A DNA stretch of 64,000 bases from assembly GCA_037142835.1 (NCBI GenBank), contig JBAWZW010000001.1, positions 4,592 through 68,591 on the forward strand, read 5' to 3'. Of this stretch, positions 8,700 to 16,480 are shown piece by piece. Made by a program: the position numbers and the translations under genes. The stretch is from Verrucomicrobiota bacterium (GTDB lineage: Bacteria; Verrucomicrobiota; Verrucomicrobiia; Chthoniobacterales; Chthoniobacteraceae). Under the pieces are notes generated by a model. It was given only the letters and a program-made list of their open reading frames with translations. It was not told where the DNA came from and did not search any database. Numbering within the stretch: position 1 is the stretch's first letter; every line of letters begins with the position of its first letter.

Positions 8700-11006
8700 A
8701 TGAGCATGTGGAATCCCCGTCCGCGGCAACCCTTGGTCGGTCTGGCCTTGGGGGCGGTGCTCGGCATTTTTGGGGCGGATTACTGGCACGTTAATCCGCT
8801 TTGGTCTGGCGCGATTCTCGTTTGCGGACTCCTTGGATTACTCTTTCGCCCATCCACCGCCGCTTGTTCGATTTTCTGCACGGGAGTCTTTTTTTTCCTC
8901 CATAGCCTAACCATCCAAGAGGTGCCAGGTCGCGCACTTGCCCAAGCCTTAGTCGACCGCCCCAGAGTGATCCAAGCGCAAGGAATCGTTTGGAATGAAC
9001 CCGAAGTGCCCACATTCTGGTCGCGCCATATCACCGCTCGATTTCGCCTTCGCCTCGAATCCATTCGACTCGACGACCACTCCTCCGCCTCATCAGGGTT
9101 GATCGACGTGGCTTGGGCAGGCCCTGTTCCCGCCTACGGTGACCGAGTGATCCTCACGGGCAGTGCTTCCAATCTCCCACCCGCACGAAACCCCGGACAA
9201 TTCAACGCCCAATCCTACGCCAACCGCCAAGGAGTCTGGTCAGAGGTTCAATCGTCCTTTGCCACCGACTGCCAAATTGTCAGCCACCACAACGGCAATC
9301 CCGCACAGGCCTTAGCTTACCGATCAGCCCACTGGATTCAATCCCAACTCGCTCTCGGCCTCGAAGATCAACCTGAAATCTCCGGATTAATTACCAGCAT
9401 GATCCTCGGTCTCCGCGGGGAGTCGCCACCCGAAATGAAAGCACTCTTCCAACGAACTGGAACCATGCACCTTTTCGCCGTCAGCGGTCTCAACGTAGCG
9501 ATGCTCGCCGCCATTACCCTTTTTCTCCTCCGACGACTCCGGATTGGTCGCGTTCCAAGCATTCTCATCACTCTTCCCCTCCTTGCATCCTACGCCTTGG
9601 TCACTGGCCTCACCGCAAGTTGCCTCAGGGCTACGGTCATGTGCTCCCTCGTTTTAGTCGCCTACCTCGTGGATCGTCGTCCCCTCGTTTTCAATAGTCT
9701 CGGCGCCGCCGCCCTCGCGATCCTCGTTTGGGATACGAACCAACTCTTTTCCCCAGGCTTCCAATTCTCGTTCGTTCTCGTCCTCACCATCGTCTGGCTT
9801 TCTGGCAAAATCTCTCGTCGCCTCGCTCCCATTGGCCAGCCAGATCCCTTTCTCCCTCGCTCACTCTGGAGCTGGCAAGAGCGAGCCGGATCCTTTCTTT
9901 CCGAAAGTCTCGCCAATACCCTCGGAGTCACTCTTTCCGCTTGGGCTGGCTCCTTCCTCTTTACCATTGGCTACTTCCACCTCTTCTCTCCTTCCGCTCT
10001 CCTCGCCAATTTACTCGCCGTACCCCTAGCCTTCGCCATCCTCGTTCTCGGAGTCGCCTCGCTCCTCACTGCCCCCCTCTGGAGCTTCGGCGCCGTCCTC
10101 TGCAATAATGCCAATTGGCTTTGTGCCAAAATTCTCCTCCTCATCTTGCAAATCTGTTCCCTGATTCCCGGTGGATGGATTTACCTCGAAACCCCCTCCC
10201 TCCACCCTTCCCCAATTTGCGAGTTCACGGTTTTCGATCTCGCCCAAGGAGGCGCCACCCATCTCCGAAGCGAAGGCGAAGATTGGCTTTTCGATTGCGG
10301 TTCCCTCCAAAACTACCAACACATTCTCCTCCCCTATCTTCGCACCCGAGGAGTCAACCAACTCGACGGCTTCCTCATCACCCACGGCGATGCCAAACAC
10401 CTCGGCGGAGCTCTGGCACTTCTCGCCGACTTTCAACCAAGGTCGATCGTCGACTCGGTTCTCCGAGATCGCTCCACCACCCGTCGGGAAATCCACGCCA
10501 CCCTCGCCAAAATCCCCCAGGGAAAAGGCCTCTATCGTCGGGGCGATACCATCTTCATCAGCCCTCAGTCCACCCTTCGTGTGCTCTATCCACCAGCAGG
10601 TATCCAGCGAGGGAGCGCCGACGACAAAGCCCTCGTGGTTCAACTATCCGTCAAAGGAACGCGGGTGCTTTTCCTCTCCGATAGTGGATTTAGGACCGAG
10701 CAGTGGTTGCTCGAAAATGAAGCGGATTTACGCTGCGACCTCTTAGTAAAAGGTCAGCACGCTAAGGATCTCTCGGGCACGCTCGACTTCATCGCACGCG
10801 CCCAACCGGCGGCGGTGATTTGTAGCCAAGCCAATTTTGGCGAACCTCCCGAGATCCTTGCCGCCTGGGAAGAAAGTGTCCGCAAACTTGGTATCGAAGT
10901 TTTCCGGCAAGACCGCGGTGGAGCCGTCGAAGTGAAAATAAATCAAGACGGATTCACCGTCGAAAGCTTCCTCGGCGATCAGCACTTTCGCAGCCGCGCC
11001 CGGTAA
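8700..11006 (+). CDS. comEC: ComEC/Rec2 competence protein (DUF4131 + Competence + MBL domain)
   Basis: RNPGQFN, GTMHLFAVSGLNV, RATVM, GFQFSF and ANLLAVP; C-terminal MBL fold (VFDLAQG, ITHGDAKHLGG). Confidence 0.9.
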   Translation: MSMWNPRPRQPLVGLALGAVLGIFGADYWHVNPLWSGAILVCGLLGLLFRPSTAACSIFCTGVFFFLHSLTIQEVPGRALAQALVDRPRVIQAQGIVWNEPEVPTFWSRHITARFRLRLESIRLDDHSSASSGLIDVAWAGPVPAYGDRVILTGSASNLPPARNPGQFNAQSYANRQGVWSEVQSSFATDCQIVSHHNGNPAQALAYRSAHWIQSQLALGLEDQPEISGLITSMILGLRGESPPEMKALFQRTGTMHLFAVSGLNVAMLAAITLFLLRRLRIGRVPSILITLPLLASYALVTGLTASCLRATVMCSLVLVAYLVDRRPLVFNSLGAAALAILVWDTNQLFSPGFQFSFVLVLTIVWLSGKISRRLAPIGQPDPFLPRSLWSWQERAGSFLSESLANTLGVTLSAWAGSFLFTIGYFHLFSPSALLANLLAVPLAFAILVLGVASLLTAPLWSFGAVLCNNANWLCAKILLLILQICSLIPGGWIYLETPSLHPSPICEFTVFDLAQGGATHLRSEGEDWLFDCGSLQNYQHILLPYLRTRGVNQLDGFLITHGDAKHLGGALALLADFQPRSIVDSVLRDRSTTRREIHATLAKIPQGKGLYRRGDTIFISPQSTLRVLYPPAGIQRGSADDKALVVQLSVKGTRVLFLSDSGFRTEQWLLENEADLRCDLLVKGQHAKDLSGTLDFIARAQPAAVICSQANFGEPPEILAAWEESVRKLGIEVFRQDRGGAVEVKINQDGFTVESFLGDQHFRSRAR

Positions 11007-11629
11007 ATTGGCAGGCCTTGCGCAAGAAATCGCCGCTCGAAATCCGTCAAGATTTCTCCCGGTTCTTCGGACCAATCTAATCGCTCGTAGCCCTTCGCTC
11101 GACTCAAGACTTTTTCAATCCATTGAAAATATGGCTCGTCGTCCGTCTTGATTCGGAGCTCACCCCCGTCCACAAGAATCCCGTGGAGCGCCTCCATAAA
11201 TCCATCTTGAATCAAGCGACGCGGCTGATGGTGTCTCTTCGGCCACGGATCAGGAAAGAGCACATGCGCACGAGCCACGCTAAGAGGCGGGAGCACATAT
11301 CGAAGCGCATTCGCCGTTTCAATGCGCAGAAGTCTCACATTGGTCAGCCCGCGCTCCTCCACTCCGTGGCAAACCTTGCGCACACGACCAAGGAGGCGTT
11401 CAATTCCCAGAAAGTTTTCCTCAGGGTACGCTTTGGCCATCGCCCAAAGAAATCCTCCCTCCCCAGATCCAATGTCGATCTGCAGCGGAGCTTCCCTTGG
11501 AAAGATTTCCTCGATCTTCGCTCGGGTGAAATAGTCCGCGGGAACGAACTCGATCTTTTCGGCGGGATCGACTGGGCCTGACTGTTTTTCGCTAAACGCT
11601 GCTCTCATCCGCAAAGCCGATACGCTCAC
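10979..11629 (-). CDS. trmB: tRNA (guanine-N7)-methyltransferase
   Basis: IDIGSGEGGF, FLGIE, FPDPWPKRHH and KTD motifs. The start may be ATG 11608. Confidence 0.92.
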   Translation of the reverse strand: MSVSALRMRAAFSEKQSGPVDPAEKIEFVPADYFTRAKIEEIFPREAPLQIDIGSGEGGFLWAMAKAYPEENFLGIERLLGRVRKVCHGVEERGLTNVRLLRIETANALRYVLPPLSVARAHVLFPDPWPKRHHQPRRLIQDGFMEALHGILVDGGELRIKTDDEPYFQWIEKVLSRAKGYERLDWSEEPGEILTDFERRFLAQGLPIYRARLRKC

Positions 11630-11765
11630 TAGCTCCTCCCCGCAAGCCCATTTCCTTCATCCTCACCCAAGTCTCATCCGCCTCCTTCATTTACCCCTTC
11701 AGAAAAAGACGGCTTTTTTCACTTCTAGAATTGCCCAACCACTCACTTTTAACCCCTATTCCCTC

Positions 11766-13346
11766 ATGTCCAACGGTCCAACCAACAAAGAAGTCTACCA
11801 TCGTCTGCGTGCCCTACCTTGGGAGAAACTCTGGACTGAGGAGGTCCAAAGATTCACCCAAGCATCTCCACGCGAACGCTTTGAAAACGTGTCGGTTATT
11901 CGTGCCGTAGGCGTAGTCTTTCCCCAGTCTGGCCCCACAGAATTACGGGCGGATGTCCAACTCTGGCTCCGCGAACTCCTCCTAGATCCCGAGGAAAAAA
12001 TTCGCCGCTATGCCATCGCCGCTCTACCCAAGGTCGGAGCGACGGGAACAGACGAAGCAGAATTACTCAAACTTCTCCGCACGACAAAAAATCCTCGCGA
12101 AGAAAAATTTCTCGGCCAAGCCCTCGATAAAATTGGAGGTTCCGCCACCCTAGAAACCCTTGCCGCATCGGGAAAAGGCTCGCCCCAAACCATCCAAAAA
12201 ATTCAAGCCAGCCTCGCCCGAAGAGAAACTCCCAGCACGGTTCGTCTCGATCATCTCCTTCCCGAATCCGAAGCCCAGCGCATCCACCTCCGATGCCGAG
12301 CAGGCCTCGAAGGAATCCTCCGCGCTGAATTAGAAGAACAAGGTAAATTCCGCATCCTCGGTGGAGCGCGGGGACTGGTCGCGATTACCCCCCTCGTGCC
12401 GATCACCCTCGCAGATATTTTCGCTCTTCGATGCTTTGGCACTCTCGGAATCGTCCTGGGCCTCGTCCGAACTCAGCAGGATACCCAGTCCATTGAGTCT
12501 CTCGCCCAGATCATCTCCTCGCCCGCCACCACACGACTTCTCCTCGCTTTAACCGAGGGTTCCCTCCGCTACCGCCTCGATTTTATCGGAAAGGGACACC
12601 AACGGAGCGCCGTCCGCTTAGTCGCCAATCGGGCCTATGCCCTCAGCCAAGCAATTCTCAACGACCCACAAGAAGCCCCTTGGGCGATTGATGTTCACCA
12701 AAATAAATCAGGCGATTCCGTGGAATTGCGCCCGCGCACTTCTCCAGATCCGCGTCACCCCTATCGGCTTGGTGATGTTCCCGCAGCCTCCCACCCTCCA
12801 CTCGCGGCAGCGATGGCTCGCCTCGCTGGGGCGCAAGCACAGGAAAGGATTTGGGACCCGTTTTGTGGCTCAGGATTAGAACTAATCGAACGATCACTGC
12901 AAGGTGGGGTTGAATCGGTCTTTGGAACCGATCGCAACGCCCAGGCTATTGCCATCGCCGAACGCAACTTTGCCGCCGCCACCCTTCCCCAAATCAACGC
13001 CCACTTCATCTGCTCAGACTTTCGTGATTGGGAGAAAATCGCCGGGCTTACCCATCAAAGCATCTCCCTCATCGTGACCAATCCCCCCCTTGGCCGCCGC
13101 GTGCGAGTTCCTCATCTTCGCAGCCTCTTTCATGACCTCTTTTGCGTGGCCGCAGATGTCCTTCGCCCAGGTGGTCGAATGGTCTTAACCAATCCATTTC
13201 AAATGGATAGTCCCACAGATCTACTCCGCCTCCAGTCACGCCAAGTCGTCGACCTCGGTGGTTTTGATTGTCAACTTGAAGTCTACGAAAAAGCTTACCC
13301 TCAAACACCCGATAGCCAGAAACAATCAAACGCTCACCCTCGCTAG
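11766..13346 (+). CDS. HEAT-repeat + THUMP-like + class I SAM RNA methyltransferase
   Basis: DPEEKIRRYAIAAL HEAT-like unit, LRCRAGLEGIL THUMP-like start, WDPFCGSG (motif I) and TNPPLG (motif IV). Confidence 0.75.
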   Translation: MSNGPTNKEVYHRLRALPWEKLWTEEVQRFTQASPRERFENVSVIRAVGVVFPQSGPTELRADVQLWLRELLLDPEEKIRRYAIAALPKVGATGTDEAELLKLLRTTKNPREEKFLGQALDKIGGSATLETLAASGKGSPQTIQKIQASLARRETPSTVRLDHLLPESEAQRIHLRCRAGLEGILRAELEEQGKFRILGGARGLVAITPLVPITLADIFALRCFGTLGIVLGLVRTQQDTQSIESLAQIISSPATTRLLLALTEGSLRYRLDFIGKGHQRSAVRLVANRAYALSQAILNDPQEAPWAIDVHQNKSGDSVELRPRTSPDPRHPYRLGDVPAASHPPLAAAMARLAGAQAQERIWDPFCGSGLELIERSLQGGVESVFGTDRNAQAIAIAERNFAAATLPQINAHFICSDFRDWEKIAGLTHQSISLIVTNPPLGRRVRVPHLRSLFHDLFCVAADVLRPGGRMVLTNPFQMDSPTDLLRLQSRQVVDLGGFDCQLEVYEKAYPQTPDSQKQSNAHPR

Positions 13347-16300
13347 CCACCGAAGGGTTTCGTAGAAAAAGCCTGTCCAACAATCGCCAAAAGTTTTGTG
13401 GGCGTGTACGGCTTCGGCAGATAGTTTGTGCCCTCACGAAGATCCAGACCTCGCCCAGACACCTCCCCAGGATAGCCACTCATAAAGATCACCCGAAGAG
13501 TAGGTTTGGTGGCGAGAAGCTGATCCGCTAACTGCCCACCAGAAACGCTTTCTGGCATCACGACGTCGGTCAAAAGCAAATCCACATTTGCCGCGTGTTC
13601 GGGCCAAAGGATCAGAGCTTCAGCCCCACTCCCCGCCTCGATCACTTGATAACCAAACATCCTCAGCGCCTGGGCAGTGAGCTTCCGCAACGCCAACTCA
13701 TCTTCCACGAGCAAGATGGTCTCCCCAAAACCCGAGCGCTTGTCATTAGCCGCCACTGATGCCGGAGCCACCGAAGCGTCTAATTTTTGGGGAAAATAAG
13801 CATGAAAGGTCGTGCCGACTCCTAGTTGGGTTTCAACCTCAATCCATCCGTGATGTTGCTCAACCACTCCGTAGACCGTTGCCAAGCCTAATCCCGTGCC
13901 TTTACCGATATCTTTCGTCGTAAAAAAAGGCTCAAAAATTCGCTTCACATGCTCTGGCGCGATTCCGCTTCCGTTATCTTGAACGCTCAATCGAATAAAA
14001 TCTCCCATACGGCTAGGGCTTTGCACCGCTTCCGTCTCCAAAATTTTCACCGCCTTTAATGTGAGGGTAATCTCTCCCCCATTCGTCATCGCGTCGCGCG
14101 CATTGACCGCCAAATTGAGAAGCACTTGTTCCACCATTCCTCGATCCGCTTGGATCAGCATACTCTCAGGCAACAACCGCGTCTGAATCGTGACCGCTTC
14201 CGGAATCAGTCGGCGAAGCATTTTCACCATTCCGACCACCACTTCATTCAGATCGATAGACTGAAACCGCAGAGGTTGTTGTCGGCTAAAAGTCAGTAAT
14301 TGCCGGGTCAAATTGCTCGCACGTTCACTCGCCTTGGCAATCTCCTCAAGGAGATGCTGTTGCTGGGGACTGACTTGCCCAAGCTGGAGTAACTCGGTAT
14401 TCCCAAGAATCACCGTGAGCATATTATTAAAATCATGCGCTACCCCGCCCGCTAATTGCCCAAACGCCTCCATCTTTTGCGATTGCCGGAACTTTTCCTC
14501 CAGTTGATGGCGTTCGGTAATGTCTTCCGCCGTTCCAACGACTCGCACCACCTCTCCACTGCTATTCCGAACGGGAAACGCTCGGTCGTGGATCCAACGG
14601 ATTCCCCCGTCTGGGCGGATGATCCGGTAGACAATGTCGTAGTTTCCTTCAGCCTGAGATACCGACGATTGCTTGACCGCTTCCAGGTCCTCGGGATGAA
14701 TCGCCTCCAACCAAGATTGCGGCGAAGCATAGAGACTGGCACAGGTTCGCCCCCAGATTATTTCAAAAGCAGGACTGACATATACCATCTGCTCCTTCGC
14801 CGAATCCGTCACCCAAAAGACTTCCCGAATGTTTTCTGCCAGTTCCCGGAAACGCTCCTCGCTCTCTCTTAAGACTTTCTCCGCAGCCTTGGACTCGGTG
14901 ATATCCCGCATGAATGCGCTAAAGAAAATTTCCCCTCCCGTCTGAACCGGAGTGATGGCCAACTCCACGGGAAACTCCTCCCCACTTTTTCGTAAAGCCG
15001 ATAACTCGAGGCGCTTATTCAAAACCGGTCCGATCCCCGTTGATAAGTAACGTTTCATCCCCTCCGCGTGCCCTCGCCGATACTGCTCTGGAATGATCAA
15101 GTCGGCGAGAGACCGCCCACAGGCCTCACTTTTTTTCCACCCAAAGATGGTCTCCGCTTGCAAATTCCAATTCGTAATCTGACCTCTAATATCCATCCCG
15201 ATCACCGCGTCCAAAGCAGTATCCACGACCGCTTGGTACCGCACGTCGCTCTCGCGCAAAGCACGCTCAGTCATCTTCCGATCGGTAATATCTCGGGTCA
15301 CTCCCACATAGAAAATAATCTGACCGTTTTCATCGTGGAGCAGCGACACACTCAGGTCATTCCAAAAACTTTGCCCGTTCTTTCGATAGTTCAGAATCTC
15401 TCCTGCAAATGGAACCCTAGTTCGAAAAGAATTCCGGAGCGCTTCAATCGTTTCTTGATCGGTCAACGGCCCCTGAAGGAACGCACAGTTGCGCCCCAAA
15501 ACTTCCGCCTCGTCGTAGCCGGTCATCGTGCAAAATGCCGGATTCACCGAGACGATCAGACGATCCGCATTGCAAACTAATACCCCTTGCGAAATCGATC
15601 GCAAAGCCAAGTCGTTCAAGCGCATCGCGGATTCATTTTTCCGCCGTTCGGTAAGATCCGTATTCGTCCCCACCACTCGCACCGCTCGCTTTTGATGATC
15701 CCGAACAATCCAACCCCGTGAGAAAATCGGCACATAGTGACCAGCCCGATGGCGGAGCCGATGCTCAAATTCGTAGCAATTAAGATCGCTAGCTAAAAAC
15801 CCCTTCATTAAGCGACTCACCCGCTCGCGATCATCGGGATGGGTCAGTTCTGACCAAAGATCGGCGGTAACTGTCAGTTGGCCAGGTGCATAGCCGAGCA
15901 TCGAAAACCAGAAGTCCGAATAAAAAACCTCATTTTTAATCAAATCACGATCCCAGACCCCATCCTGAGATGCTTGGATCACCAAATTCAAACGATCCTC
16001 AGACTTTTTTAAACTCATCTCCGCCAGATGCTTGAACTGAGCCATCTCAATGACCGTCTGAAGCTCGCGACCACTAAATGGCTTGAGAACATAGCCATAG
16101 GGCGTGGCTAGCTTGGCACGCGCCAAGGTGTCGGCCTCAGCAAAAGCCGTCAGAAAAACCACCGGCAAACCAAAGCGATTGCGGATTTCCGTAGCGGCCT
16201 CAATCCCATCCATGGATCCCGCTAATTGAATATCCATCAAAATCATGTCGGGTTGCAGTTCTTCCGCGAGAGCGATGGCTTGATCTCCCCGAGTGGCGTG

Positions 16301-16408
16301 ACCCACAGGTAAATATCCGAGCTCAATCAACTGCTGTTGAATATCTCGAGCGACAATCACTTCATCCTCAACGACGAGAATTTTCGGCTTGGAAAGCGAA
16401 GATGGCAT
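13343..16408 (-). CDS. Hybrid sensor kinase REC-PAS-PAS(LOV-like)-PAS(heme-like)-PAS-HisKA-HATPase-REC
   Basis: KILVVEDE...MDIQL (REC1), four PAS/PAC units, [10 protein letters not shown] (H-box), [24 protein letters not shown] and LLTDVVMP (REC2). Confidence 0.93.
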   Translation of the reverse strand: MPSSLSKPKILVVEDEVIVARDIQQQLIELGYLPVGHATRGDQAIALAEELQPDMILMDIQLAGSMDGIEAATEIRNRFGLPVVFLTAFAEADTLARAKLATPYGYVLKPFSGRELQTVIEMAQFKHLAEMSLKKSEDRLNLVIQASQDGVWDRDLIKNEVFYSDFWFSMLGYAPGQLTVTADLWSELTHPDDRERVSRLMKGFLASDLNCYEFEHRLRHRAGHYVPIFSRGWIVRDHQKRAVRVVGTNTDLTERRKNESAMRLNDLALRSISQGVLVCNADRLIVSVNPAFCTMTGYDEAEVLGRNCAFLQGPLTDQETIEALRNSFRTRVPFAGEILNYRKNGQSFWNDLSVSLLHDENGQIIFYVGVTRDITDRKMTERALRESDVRYQAVVDTALDAVIGMDIRGQITNWNLQAETIFGWKKSEACGRSLADLIIPEQYRRGHAEGMKRYLSTGIGPVLNKRLELSALRKSGEEFPVELAITPVQTGGEIFFSAFMRDITESKAAEKVLRESEERFRELAENIREVFWVTDSAKEQMVYVSPAFEIIWGRTCASLYASPQSWLEAIHPEDLEAVKQSSVSQAEGNYDIVYRIIRPDGGIRWIHDRAFPVRNSSGEVVRVVGTAEDITERHQLEEKFRQSQKMEAFGQLAGGVAHDFNNMLTVILGNTELLQLGQVSPQQQHLLEEIAKASERASNLTRQLLTFSRQQPLRFQSIDLNEVVVGMVKMLRRLIPEAVTIQTRLLPESMLIQADRGMVEQVLLNLAVNARDAMTNGGEITLTLKAVKILETEAVQSPSRMGDFIRLSVQDNGSGIAPEHVKRIFEPFFTTKDIGKGTGLGLATVYGVVEQHHGWIEVETQLGVGTTFHAYFPQKLDASVAPASVAANDKRSGFGETILLVEDELALRKLTAQALRMFGYQVIEAGSGAEALILWPEHAANVDLLLTDVVMPESVSGGQLADQLLATKPTLRVIFMSGYPGEVSGRGLDLREGTNYLPKPYTPTKLLAIVGQAFSTKPFGG

Positions 16409-16480
16409 AGTCAGCAATTTAAAAAGCTGCGGGAGATTGGCAAGACGCTAAGCGATCGGCAGAAAAAGAAGTTGCCACGC

